Positions 46,274 through 56,198 are shown, counted from the stretch's first letter. The stretch: 64,000 nt of DNA from Anaerolineaceae bacterium (GCA_040768105.1 JAXGNE010000013.1:7490-71489), one strand, 5' to 3'. Notes: generated by a model not told the origin, from the letters alone. Translations and numbers: made by a program.

Positions 46274-47905
46274 ATGCTGCAAGTGAGTAACCTGAATAAA
46301 TCCTATGGCGTCCAAACCATCCTAAAAGACATCAGCTTTAATATACAAGGCAATGACCGGGTGGGACTGGTTGGTGCAAATGGCTGTGGGAAGAGTACCC
46401 TGCTGGATATCCTGACTGGCAAATTGCCAGCCGATAGCGGCATCGTTGCACTTGAAAAAGGTAAAATATTGGGATATCTTCCACAAAAAACATACCTTGA
46501 AGGCGAAATAAGCATACAAAATTACTTGGAAAATTGCATACCGGGCTTAATAGAAGCACAGCAGATAATTGAGGAATCAACAGAGCGTTTAAAAATAGGT
46601 GATCACGAAGCGCTTGCAGCTTATGGCCAAGCGGCCAACCAATATGAAGCCCTAGGTGGTTATCAATTTGAGTCTAAAGCGCAAGCCATTTTGGCTGGTC
46701 TTGGCCTTCCGTACCTGGGCTTAGACAGGCCTATGAGCCAGCTCAGCGGCGGGGAAGCAATGCGGGTACACCTGGCAGGCTTGCTCTTGGCTGAACCACA
46801 CATTTTATTATTAGATGAACCAACAAACCACCTGGATATTGAAGCCTTAGAGTGGTTGGAAGGTTTTTTGAAGACATACCAGGGGGCAGTTCTGCTTGTT
46901 TCCCATGACCGGGTATTCCTCGATGCAATTGTTGACCGGGTACTTGAAATCGACGAGGATACGCACACCCTGCGTGAGTATGCAGGTAACTACAGCGGCT
47001 ACGCCAGGCAAAAAGAACTGGAATTGCAAAAATTGGTGGCTGCCTGGCAGGATCAACGAGAGGAAATCAAACGACTGAGAACCGATGCCCAGCGCACAGC
47101 CGAACAAGCCCGCCATTCAGAATTAGCAACCAGGGACTCTACCTTACGCAGGTATGCAAAAAAAGTAGCCAAAAAAGCCAAAGCAAAAGAAAAAAGACTG
47201 GAACGCTACCTGGATTCTGATGAAAGAGTAGAAAAACCAGAAGAAAAATGGCGCCTGCGGGTCAATTTTGACGAAGGCGCACACCAAAGCCAGCTCGTCC
47301 TTGCCGCCAGGTCGCTTGGACATGCATACCAGTCTGGTTGGCTTTTCCAAGACTTAGATCTGAACATCCAGCAGGGTGATCGTATAGCGCTTATCGGCCC
47401 GAATGGCTGCGGAAAATCGACCTTACTGAAGTGTTTATTGGGTGAAATACAGCCAAGCGCTGGCACGGTCCGCATAGGGAACAGCACCAAGATCGGGTAC
47501 ATGCCGCAACAACAGGAAAATTTGCCCCCAGGGAAAACGCCCATTGAAATCATCCAAGCAATTGCCCCGATGAATCAGAGCGAAGTGCATCACTTCTTAC
47601 ATTATTTTTTATTTGAACAAGAGCAGGCACGCCTGCCAAATCATTGTCTCAGCTTTGGGCAGAGGGCACGCCTACTGCTGGCAAAGCTGGTTGCCAGTGG
47701 CGCCAATTGCTTGGTTTTGGATGAACCAGTAAACCACTTGGATATCCCTTCACGAGAGCAATTTGAACGAGCACTAGAAATGTTTAAGGGGACTGTCGTA
47801 GTGGTGGCACATGACCGCGCCTTTATTCAACGCACAGCGGATATCATTTGGAAGCTAAATGACGGCGCGTTATCTATTTCATACTTGAAGAATATTTTGC
47901 AGTGA
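46274..47905 (+). CDS. ABC-F family ATPase (two ABC domains, no TM domain)
   Basis: Walker A GANGCGKST and GPNGCGKST, LSGGE signature, and a charged Lys/Arg/Glu-rich interdomain linker. Alternative TTG start at 46253. Confidence 0.85.
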   Translation: MLQVSNLNKSYGVQTILKDISFNIQGNDRVGLVGANGCGKSTLLDILTGKLPADSGIVALEKGKILGYLPQKTYLEGEISIQNYLENCIPGLIEAQQIIEESTERLKIGDHEALAAYGQAANQYEALGGYQFESKAQAILAGLGLPYLGLDRPMSQLSGGEAMRVHLAGLLLAEPHILLLDEPTNHLDIEALEWLEGFLKTYQGAVLLVSHDRVFLDAIVDRVLEIDEDTHTLREYAGNYSGYARQKELELQKLVAAWQDQREEIKRLRTDAQRTAEQARHSELATRDSTLRRYAKKVAKKAKAKEKRLERYLDSDERVEKPEEKWRLRVNFDEGAHQSQLVLAARSLGHAYQSGWLFQDLDLNIQQGDRIALIGPNGCGKSTLLKCLLGEIQPSAGTVRIGNSTKIGYMPQQQENLPPGKTPIEIIQAIAPMNQSEVHHFLHYFLFEQEQARLPNHCLSFGQRARLLLAKLVASGANCLVLDEPVNHLDIPSREQFERALEMFKGTVVVVAHDRAFIQRTADIIWKLNDGALSISYLKNILQ

Positions 47906-48132
47906 AAACGATTTCGATTATCACCCGTATAAATTGTTACTGATTGCTTTATGACTCGTTTCATTCTTTAAAAGCTTCAAATTTTCCTGACACCACTTAT
48001 ACAAAAAATATACAAATTGCAATCATTTTGCTATATTATTTTCTAGGAATGAGAAAACAATCTAGTGTTTATGAAATTTTTATTTTTATGGTGTAGATTC
48101 AAAATCACTAGCAAAAAATATAAGGAACGCGT

Positions 48133-49287
48133 ATGAACAAAAGCAAATTATTTTACCTGGTATTGGTTATTCTGCTGGCAGGCGCATCAAGCCTGGCAGG
48201 TCTTGCCGTGGGTGGGTTTGCCGTCTACCGTATCCTCACCGTCAATAATGATGATACAGCCGCACTCAGTCAACCAACAGCTGATTCGATCAGCAGTTAT
48301 GAACCAATTGAGCAGAAGGTCGACATTACCTCTGTTGATGTAGAGACCGCCGTCACTAATTCAGTACAGAAAATTGCCCCTACGGTTGTCACGGTGGTTG
48401 GCACGGTAACCTACCAAACTTTTCCCTTTGGACAGCCAGCCGAGCAAACCGTCAGCGGCAGTGGTGTTTTCATCTCTGAAGATGGCTACATCTTAACAAA
48501 TAATCACGTTGTGGAAGGTACCAATACTCTCAATATTATCCTCTCAGATGGATCAGAACAAGAAGTGGTCATCGTTGGCACAGATAAATTTTCAGATATT
48601 GCTGTATTGAAAACTGAAGGTACTGTGCCCGCATATGCAGAACTTGGTAACTCGGATAACATGGACCCTGGAGAAAGTGTGATTGCAATTGGTTCACCTT
48701 TGGGCGAATTCATGAATACAGTCACGGTGGGTGTGATCAGCGCGACTGGCCGATCAATTGATACTGGCGAGGGCTACCAGATTGAAGGGCTCCTTCAGAC
48801 GGACGCCGCCATTAATGTCGGCAACTCCGGCGGACCCTTGGTCAACTTAGCCGGTGAAGTCATCGGCATCAACACCCTGATCGTGCGCAGTTCTGGCAGT
48901 GGTACGGTTGCTGAAGGACTGGGTTTTGCAGTGCCATCCAACACGGCTGGTGCAATTGCCACCCAGATTATTGAAAAAGGATTCTTTGCCCGCCCAAATC
49001 TCGGTATAGCCATCCAAGCCATCACCCCTCAACTGGCCAGGATGTACCGCTTACCGGTTGAATATGGTGCTTACATTACCCAACTGCAAGACGGCAGCCC
49101 TGCAGATGTGGCAGGTTTGCAGGTTGGCGATATTATCACCAGCATAGGCGGCACTGCTATAGACAGCTCGAATTCTTATATTAATATCCTGTTCCGCTTC
49201 AATCCCGGCGAACAAATCGTAATAGAATTTGTCAGGAACAATACTCTTCAAGAAGTACAAGTTGAATTGGCCGGGTCTGGCACGTAA
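48133..49287 (+). CDS. HtrA/DegP-family serine protease with PDZ domain
   Basis: ILTNNHVV, DIAVLK and GNSGGPL triad context. PDZ GLQVGDIITSIGG. Confidence 0.9.
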   Translation: MNKSKLFYLVLVILLAGASSLAGLAVGGFAVYRILTVNNDDTAALSQPTADSISSYEPIEQKVDITSVDVETAVTNSVQKIAPTVVTVVGTVTYQTFPFGQPAEQTVSGSGVFISEDGYILTNNHVVEGTNTLNIILSDGSEQEVVIVGTDKFSDIAVLKTEGTVPAYAELGNSDNMDPGESVIAIGSPLGEFMNTVTVGVISATGRSIDTGEGYQIEGLLQTDAAINVGNSGGPLVNLAGEVIGINTLIVRSSGSGTVAEGLGFAVPSNTAGAIATQIIEKGFFARPNLGIAIQAITPQLARMYRLPVEYGAYITQLQDGSPADVAGLQVGDIITSIGGTAIDSSNSYINILFRFNPGEQIVIEFVRNNTLQEVQVELAGSGT

Positions 49288-49332
49288 TTCGCTTAGGTAA
49301 CCCACACACCTTCAACTAAGAGGGCTTGATTT

Positions 49333-50022
49333 TTAGCGGGATTCAGCCTGCAGCAGCCTGCATTGTTCTACCCTAGCATTTGGTGAAAATAAATATACAT
49401 TTTGCCTAATCTGAATTAGGTGCTCCTCAATCTCTATTGCTGGCACACCTGCTGGGGCATATGAAACATAAAGTACATGCTCGGTCTCAGCTGTAATAGG
49501 AGAGCGGTTGTCTTGGCCGTAAAGGATTGAACAACACAGCCCAAGCTGATCGCGCATCACCATATCCCCTTTTCTAACCTCTTTTTGGCTGCCGCTCATC
49601 GCTGTCATTTCCTCAGCCTCGTGTGCCGTGTCAATTACAATCGGCTCCCTCAGCTTTGCCACGTCATGCCCAGCAGTTAACACAAACGTACTTACCTCGG
49701 CTGTGAAATTCGCATCAACAAGGGGCGACACATCCGGCAGGTTTTTGCCCTTCATGATGATCGACTCAACTTGGAGCAGCACGTGGTAGGTCATGGTAAA
49801 GCGCTTGTAATAACGAATGTAAGCAGCCATTACTGGACTCATCATTAATGCCTTACGGGAATATCCGGCAAAATCTTGCCGTAAGCGTGCTTCTACTTCC
49901 CGCTTGTGTTGATTAAGCTCTGGACTGATTAGTTTCCTCTCGATGCCAGAAATCTCTAACAAACCAATTGCTGCCCCGGGATGGGCAGAATGCCATGCAT
50001 CCGTTCCAGAGATTGAGATCAA
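49333..50022 (-). CDS. B3/4 (PheT-like tRNA-binding fold) domain protein
   Basis: Overall pattern ...YIRYYKRF...LPDVSPLVDANFTAEVSTFVLTAGHD... TTG start. Confidence 0.5.
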   Translation of the reverse strand: MISISGTDAWHSAHPGAAIGLLEISGIERKLISPELNQHKREVEARLRQDFAGYSRKALMMSPVMAAYIRYYKRFTMTYHVLLQVESIIMKGKNLPDVSPLVDANFTAEVSTFVLTAGHDVAKLREPIVIDTAHEAEEMTAMSGSQKEVRKGDMVMRDQLGLCCSILYGQDNRSPITAETEHVLYVSYAPAGVPAIEIEEHLIQIRQNVYLFSPNARVEQCRLLQAESR

Positions 50023-50113
50023 AACAACACCACTCTTTGAATAGCCACTATGCCTTAATCATTGCGTGAGAGTCCGGCTATGAATCCTCGTTAAGAACTT
50101 GATTTGTCGGCTG

Positions 50114-51223
50114 TCACTCCAACCAATTCAATATCCTATCACAAACAAAATCAACTTGATCCTCGCCTAATTCTGGGTACATCGGCAGGGTTAGGATGCG
50201 GGAAATTAGTTTTTCCGTTTCAGGGAGCACATCACATCCTCTCAGCCGACCTTGATAAGCCGGCTGTTGATGGATTGCCATTGGGTAGTGGATGGCTGTA
50301 CCGACCCCAGCCTGCTCAAGATAAGTTTTTAAAGCTTGTCGCTGCGTATGTTCGATCACAAATAAATGCATCACGTGAGTTGTGCCCTCGATCATAACTG
50401 GCAAGCCAATGCTGCTTCCTGATAACTTTGAAATATAGCGGTTAGCAAGGTCCCGCCTGCGCTGGTTATCTGAATCTAGATGCGCCAATTTGACCTTTAG
50501 GATGGCTGCCTGCAGCTCGTCCAAACGGGTATTCATCCCAGCCAGGTCGCTGATGTAATGCTGTTTCCATCCATATTCCCGCAACCATCTTACCCTGTCT
50601 GCTAATTCATTGGCGTTCGTCAAGATTGCACCGCCATCGCCAATTGCACCTAGGTTTTTGGTTGGGTAGAAGCTGAAGCAAGCGATATCGCCAAAAGTGC
50701 CTACTTTTTGATTGCCAATCTTTGCCCCGTGTGCCTGCGCGCAGTCTTCAATCACGAACAAGTTATGGGCTTTAGCAATCGCTAAAATTTTATCCATCGG
50801 TGCTGGCTGCCCGTATAAGTGCACTGGCATAATTGCCTTGGTGTTTTCAGTGATGAGCTGTGGGATTCTTGTGGGGTCTATGCAGCGGGTTTTTGGGTCA
50901 ATGTCAGCCACTACCGCTTTTGCCCCAGCTAGTTCGACAGCTGCCACGGTTGCTACCGCTGAATGGGAGACAGTGATGACTTCATCTTCACCCTTCAATC
51001 CCAAGGCTTTCACAGCCAGGGTGATGGCGTCTGTGCCGTTATTGACCCCAACGCAGTGATCTACGCCAATGTATTCTGCAAAGGCAGCTTCAAAGTCTCT
51101 CACAGCACTGCCTAAGATATACCTGCCGCCATCCAGTACAGCTTGGATTGCCTGGTCTATTTCCTTCTTATACGAAAGATACTGTGCCTTTGGATTTGCG
51201 ACAGGGATTGTAATTTGCTGCAT
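50114..51223 (-). CDS. DegT/DnrJ/EryC1/StrS-family PLP-dependent sugar aminotransferase (ArnB-like)
   Basis: [22 protein letters not shown] and [11 protein letters not shown] (PLP Lys) motifs. Confidence 0.85.
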   Translation of the reverse strand: MQQITIPVANPKAQYLSYKKEIDQAIQAVLDGGRYILGSAVRDFEAAFAEYIGVDHCVGVNNGTDAITLAVKALGLKGEDEVITVSHSAVATVAAVELAGAKAVVADIDPKTRCIDPTRIPQLITENTKAIMPVHLYGQPAPMDKILAIAKAHNLFVIEDCAQAHGAKIGNQKVGTFGDIACFSFYPTKNLGAIGDGGAILTNANELADRVRWLREYGWKQHYISDLAGMNTRLDELQAAILKVKLAHLDSDNQRRRDLANRYISKLSGSSIGLPVMIEGTTHVMHLFVIEHTQRQALKTYLEQAGVGTAIHYPMAIHQQPAYQGRLRGCDVLPETEKLISRILTLPMYPELGEDQVDFVCDRILNWLE

Positions 51224-51229
51224 GCTGAC

Positions 51230-52219
51230 CTACCAGTAGTGTGGATAATTTGTTTGATAGAAACTAAGCGTGCGCTTGAGCCCTTCTTCAAGGCTGATTC
51301 TGGGCTGCCAGCCTAGTTCCTGCTTAATCTTGCTATAATTTCCGCTGTAGTCGCCAATATCAATGGCTTTGCGGTTTTCTGGGAATGGGATGTATTCATA
51401 TTGACCAGACTGGTGAAGATCTACCAACAACTTGGCGGTATCGGTTAGTGATAGCGTATCTGCGGCACCCAAGTTGTAAATCTGACCGTTGGTTTTATCG
51501 GAAGCAGCCGCTAATATCAAGGCATCAACGACATCATCAACATAATTGAAATCACGTAGCTGCGACCCGTCGCCATAGATAGTTACAGGTTTACCTTCAA
51601 TGATTCGGCGGATCCAAATGCCAAGGAAAGTCTGCCTGGCATCCTTGACGCGCATGCGCGGGCCATAGGTATTTGTCAGGCGCAGGATGCTTGAGCGAAT
51701 GCCATAAACCTGGTTATAAACCAGGTGATACTGCTCGCCTGCCATCTTGTTGATTCCATTGACATCCACAGGTCGGAGCGGGTGGCTCTCATCCACGGGG
51801 ATGCTAATCGGTTTGCCGTAAATTTGCCTGGTGCTGGCAAAGACTAGTTTGATATCGGGATTGTAATGCCGGCAGGCTTCAAGAATTTTTAATTGGGCAA
51901 CCGCATTAATTTCCAGGTCTGTTCCTGGGTCTTCCATGGAATCAATGTGGCTGGTTTGTCCAGCTAGGTTAAACAAAAAATCCTGCCCATCCACCAGGTA
52001 CTTCATTGAGTGTTCGTCACGAACATCGGAAATATTAATCTTTACCCGGTCCTTGATTGGCTCGATGTTCCATAAATTGCCCCCATATTGCGGGATAAGA
52101 CTGTCTACCAGGGTTACTTTCGCGCCCAAATCAACCAGCTTAATGGCTAAATTTGAGCCTATAAACCCCAATCCACCAGTAATTAGCACTCTTTTTTGTG
52201 AGTAAATGCTTTCAGTCAT
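51230..52219 (-). CDS. Extended SDR NAD-dependent epimerase/dehydratase/decarboxylase family protein
   Basis: VLITGGLGFIGSNL Rossmann motif. Extended-SDR length and layout. Confidence 0.8.
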   Translation of the reverse strand: MTESIYSQKRVLITGGLGFIGSNLAIKLVDLGAKVTLVDSLIPQYGGNLWNIEPIKDRVKINISDVRDEHSMKYLVDGQDFLFNLAGQTSHIDSMEDPGTDLEINAVAQLKILEACRHYNPDIKLVFASTRQIYGKPISIPVDESHPLRPVDVNGINKMAGEQYHLVYNQVYGIRSSILRLTNTYGPRMRVKDARQTFLGIWIRRIIEGKPVTIYGDGSQLRDFNYVDDVVDALILAAASDKTNGQIYNLGAADTLSLTDTAKLLVDLHQSGQYEYIPFPENRKAIDIGDYSGNYSKIKQELGWQPRISLEEGLKRTLSFYQTNYPHYW

Positions 52220-52271
52220 TTTTATTTATTCCAATTTTGCTTATTAATCCAATCTCTAGGATTAGGTTTCC

Positions 52272-53012
52272 TTATTCGGCTTGCTTTAAGTGATCCTTTT
52301 GCACAACAATTTTCCACCACAAGGATAATAGCTGGGTTGCCGAATTTTTCAAATGCCGCCAATTGAAGAATTGCGATTTCCCATAAGAGCGATAATAATG
52401 GTTGACCGGTACCTCGGCAAATCTAAATCCGGCATCCTGCATTTTTTTAACCAGTTCCAGGCATATCGTGCCAGTTTCACTTTCTAACTTGACCGTATCA
52501 AGAATATCGCGTCTGAAGAGCCGAAAGTCACAATCAACATCCTTCAGTTTGAAACTAAAAAGCAATTTGACGATGTGATGGTAAATCCTGCCAATTATTT
52601 TGCGATACAAAGGATCATGGCGCTGAATTTTGAAGCCATTGACAATATCGACGCCTTCTCCCAACGCGCCAACTAGGTTTTTAAGCTCTAGGGGGTTATA
52701 CTGCCCATCGCCATCCGTGTAAAAGATATAGTCTTTAGTCGCCGCTGAAAAACCGCTTCGCAAGGCTGCGCCGTAGCCGCCATTTTTTTCTTTGTGGATT
52801 ACATGTAGTTCAGGGAAGCGTTCAGCCAATGCATCCAACACTTGCCGGGTAAAATCTGCACTGCCGTCATTGGTTACAATGACTTCAAAATCATCAGTGA
52901 CTTCTTTTAAGGCAATCAAGGCAGTTAATACCATGCTCGGAATCGTACCCCCATCATTGTAAGCCGGAAAAACCGCACTGATACTTGAAACTTTGCGAAC
53001 TTCTTCCATCAA
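52272..53012 (-). CDS. GT2 polyprenyl-phosphate glycosyltransferase (ArnC/DPM1-like)
   Basis: SAVFPAYNDG...VTNDGSAD...YTDGDGQ (DxD region). About 245 aa, soluble. Confidence 0.8.
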   Translation of the reverse strand: MMEEVRKVSSISAVFPAYNDGGTIPSMVLTALIALKEVTDDFEVIVTNDGSADFTRQVLDALAERFPELHVIHKEKNGGYGAALRSGFSAATKDYIFYTDGDGQYNPLELKNLVGALGEGVDIVNGFKIQRHDPLYRKIIGRIYHHIVKLLFSFKLKDVDCDFRLFRRDILDTVKLESETGTICLELVKKMQDAGFRFAEVPVNHYYRSYGKSQFFNWRHLKNSATQLLSLWWKIVVQKDHLKQAE

Positions 53013-53016
53013 CCTT

Positions 53017-53760
53017 TTACTCCTGGGCTTTTTTGCCCACCGCTACGACTGTCAGACCGTAAGGAAGGCGCTGTTTTTTCACCAAACCTGATTCTAACAT
53101 TAATATATGCTTTAATAGCTGGTTTAAAGATCCAAAGTCCGTGGTCAAATCAGATGAGACATCTTTACGATTTATTAGGCGGTCTAGCATGCGCTTGAGA
53201 ATAGCAAAAGGGAAAAGAAATGTATTTGCATAACTGCAGTGTTCCACAACAAAACCTGCTTGTTCTAAAAGAGAACTGACCTGCCTGGCTGTATACCGTC
53301 TTTTAATATCAACTGCCTTATCATGGCTTCCTTTAAGCCATTTATACGCCGGAAGTCTTAATAGCAACCTGCCGTCCTTCTTAAGCACGCGCTTAAACTC
53401 AAGCAGGGTTTCAAAGTCATTTCGGGCATAATACAAAACATCAAAGCTGGTGACGAGGTCAAAGGTACCTGAACACAGAGGGAAATCATCAATGGAAGCC
53501 TGGAGCAAAGTCTTGATTTGGCGCTTTTTGGAGTAATGCAAAGCAACCTGTGAAGCGTCCATGCCAATTACCTCTCCATAATTGGCAAGGTAAGAAGTGA
53601 TGTGCGCGCCAGTACCACAACCAGCATCAAGAATTCGCAGTCCACTGCCAGGTTGATACCAACGTTCCAGCACAGCGATGGTGATTTTTTGCATTCCAAG
53701 GTACCACCAATGCGATTCCTCCACATTGTACATAATTTCGTATTCTTCAATCTTCATCAT
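53017..53760 (-). CDS. Class I SAM-dependent methyltransferase
   Basis: ILDAGCGTGAH motif I. Stop is 4 nt upstream of the GT2 gene start. Confidence 0.8.
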   Translation of the reverse strand: MMKIEEYEIMYNVEESHWWYLGMQKITIAVLERWYQPGSGLRILDAGCGTGAHITSYLANYGEVIGMDASQVALHYSKKRQIKTLLQASIDDFPLCSGTFDLVTSFDVLYYARNDFETLLEFKRVLKKDGRLLLRLPAYKWLKGSHDKAVDIKRRYTARQVSSLLEQAGFVVEHCSYANTFLFPFAILKRMLDRLINRKDVSSDLTTDFGSLNQLLKHILMLESGLVKKQRLPYGLTVVAVGKKAQE

Positions 53761-53792
53761 AACCTTTTAAGTCGAAGTACATCTGTAAAATC

Positions 53793-54212
53793 TTACGCTT
53801 TGGATTCACGGAATACAAGTTTAGCATTCAGAAAATATGAGAGCAATGCCACTGGAAGAGTGACGATAGCACCAGCTATCAACATATCAACCTGTTTGGT
53901 TTCAAAAAAGCTTAATAATAAGATGTTTACTAAGTAGGTGAATCCGTAAACCAGGAAAAATCGCAGCATCAAAGACAATTTCCGGTTTCGAAAAACAATA
54001 GAGCCCGTGGTAAAGAAATTAAAAATAATCCCTAAAATGGTAGAAATCAGCGTAGCAAGAGTGTAATGCACGTTGAGCAAAATTAATATAGCATAAATGA
54101 CATAGCTGAACAGAGTATTCAACCCGCCAACAAATAAAAACCTTACAAAGCGAATTGACCAAATCGTTTTAATAAGATCAATCAATTTCTCTTTTAAAGA
54201 TACGTTTTCCAA
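53793..54212 (-). CDS. GtrA-family membrane protein
   Basis: RFLFVGGLNTLFSYVIY and four TM spans. TTG start. Confidence 0.75.
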   Translation of the reverse strand: MENVSLKEKLIDLIKTIWSIRFVRFLFVGGLNTLFSYVIYAILILLNVHYTLATLISTILGIIFNFFTTGSIVFRNRKLSLMLRFFLVYGFTYLVNILLLSFFETKQVDMLIAGAIVTLPVALLSYFLNAKLVFRESKA

Positions 54213-54329
54213 AAATAATCCTTTTTCTCTGAAACTTTGCTCATTTTACTATAACACATTCATGAGTAGGATAAATTCTAAATAAAATATTCAATAAATT
54301 CATAAATAGACGGTGTTTAATCTTGCACA

Positions 54330-54338
54330 TGATAAAAT
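54330..54338 (+). promoter_or_regulatory. Extended -10 element TGaTAAAAT, 9 nt upstream of the MFS ATG (possible leaderless mRNA)
   Basis: Same 9-mer as at 9141 and 43844. No good -35 and no SD before the ATG at 54348. Confidence 0.35.
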
Positions 54339-54347
54339 CACATCCAA

Positions 54348-55583
54348 ATGAAACCAGATTTTTCAAAACCTGCTAAGCTGTTTTTGATAGCTACTTTGCT
54401 TTATGGCGTAGCTTTCAGCTTTTGGGAATTATTCTTTAACTTATATTTTCTTGCCAGTGGCTTTGATAAAGATTATTTAGGCTTAATCAAAGCGATTGCA
54501 CCACTTTCATCTTTGCTTTTAGGATTACCACTTGGAAAAGTAGCTGACCGAATTGGGCACAAAAATGCTTTGTTTTTCGGGCTCTCGGTTGGCTTATTGG
54601 GCATGCTGTTACAGGTGACCTTCTCCTCACCAACCTTGATTATCCTCATGGGTGTGGTACAGGGCGCAGGGCTGATGCTTTACCGCATTTCCGCATCCCC
54701 TTTTATTATGAAAGTATCAAACGAGAATAACCGCACCATGCTTTTCAGTCTCAATTTCAGCCTGACAACCTTTGCGGGCATGGTCGGTAACCTTGTCGCT
54801 GGTCAATTGCCAGGCTTAACCAGCAGTCTGCTGAATACACCAGCCAATTCTGCGCTAAGTTACCAGTTAGTGATTATTTCTGGCATCATACTCGGCGCAA
54901 CATGCTTGGTTCCGCTCTTCCTTATTAAGAAGTTCGATTTTGAAGATGATGAAGACCGTCAAGAAGCATCACCAAACCCAATCAATTCCATCAGGTCCTT
55001 GTTTTCCCTTAAGATCATTCAGCAGTTATTTATTATCAACAGCCTGGTGGGCTTGGGGGCAGCTTTATTAATTCCCTATTTCAATGTGTTTTTCCGCGAA
55101 GTGCACGATATGTCAGACAAATCCTTGGGACTGCTGTACAGCATTTCTTCCCTGCTGGTCATGATAGGTTCACTCAGTGCCCCGTGGTTGGCACGGGTAT
55201 TAAAGTCAAAAATTGTAGCCACAAATTTGACTCAACTCTTAAGCATTGGCTTTTTGTTATTGGCAGGTTTTTCCCCTCTTCTTTGGCTTGCCCAAATTGG
55301 TTTTCTGCTGCGCACCGTGCTGATGCAGTTGTCTTCGCCATTACTAGAAAATTTTGCTATGGAAGTTTCTCCCCCTGGCCGAGAAGGTACGATTGCGGGT
55401 ATTCGCAGTATGGGCTGGCAAATTGGGCAGACTATTGGCTTACTTGTTTCCGGGTTGGTCCAGTCACGCTTCGGATTCTCACCGATCTTTATCATCACCG
55501 CGTCTTTATATTTTCTCTCAATTGTTGTAGCGTGGTTATATTTCCGTCCTATGGAAAAGGCAGCAGCCAGTGCCACAGCTTAA
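54348..55583 (+). CDS. MFS transporter
   Basis: 12 predicted TM spans. GKVADRIGHK loop motif. Confidence 0.75.
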   Translation: MKPDFSKPAKLFLIATLLYGVAFSFWELFFNLYFLASGFDKDYLGLIKAIAPLSSLLLGLPLGKVADRIGHKNALFFGLSVGLLGMLLQVTFSSPTLIILMGVVQGAGLMLYRISASPFIMKVSNENNRTMLFSLNFSLTTFAGMVGNLVAGQLPGLTSSLLNTPANSALSYQLVIISGIILGATCLVPLFLIKKFDFEDDEDRQEASPNPINSIRSLFSLKIIQQLFIINSLVGLGAALLIPYFNVFFREVHDMSDKSLGLLYSISSLLVMIGSLSAPWLARVLKSKIVATNLTQLLSIGFLLLAGFSPLLWLAQIGFLLRTVLMQLSSPLLENFAMEVSPPGREGTIAGIRSMGWQIGQTIGLLVSGLVQSRFGFSPIFIITASLYFLSIVVAWLYFRPMEKAAASATA

Positions 55584-56139
55584 AGATCTCTTAATTGTAA
55601 TCATTGCAGACAGTCACGTGGGAGACCGCTTGAAAGAACTGCCGGAAAACCTGCTCAGCCAGCTATCAGCAATAAAGCCAGATCTGATCTTGCATGCCGG
55701 CGATATATCTGTGAGGCGGGTTTTAGATCAGCTCAACCAGGTTGCGCCTGTTCGCGCCATCCAAGGCAACCGGGATTGGTTTTTAAGACTGCCATTACCG
55801 GTCAGCCTAGACCTGGTGCTTAACGGTGTCAATGTTACCCTTACCCACGGCCATATTTCCATGTTGCATTACTTTCGTGATTTTATTGAGTATTTTTTCA
55901 ATGCCAAAAACTTAACACACCGCCGTTACCAGCGCAATATTGCCAAGCGGCATCCTAAAGCTGATCTCATTATCTATGGTCATACGCACTACCAGGTGGA
56001 TAATGAAATGCTTGGTAAAAGGTTCATTAACCCAGGCTCAGTTTACCCATGCCGTTACAATAAGGGCATTCCGCAAATTGGTTTGCTGCATATCAGTTCC
56101 GAAGGCTCAATTAAAGTGGAATTTCAAGGTGTTTCTTGA
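55570..56139 (+). CDS. YfcE/MJ0936-type metallophosphoesterase
   Basis: IADSHVG, HAGDI, GNRD, LTHGH and GHTH motifs. GTG start overlaps the MFS gene by 14 nt. Confidence 0.8.
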   Translation: MPQLKDLLIVIIADSHVGDRLKELPENLLSQLSAIKPDLILHAGDISVRRVLDQLNQVAPVRAIQGNRDWFLRLPLPVSLDLVLNGVNVTLTHGHISMLHYFRDFIEYFFNAKNLTHRRYQRNIAKRHPKADLIIYGHTHYQVDNEMLGKRFINPGSVYPCRYNKGIPQIGLLHISSEGSIKVEFQGVS

Positions 56140-56198
56140 GCATAAGGCCTGAATTTAAACTATAATCTTAGGTACAGTTGCACTGGAAATTCAGAAAA

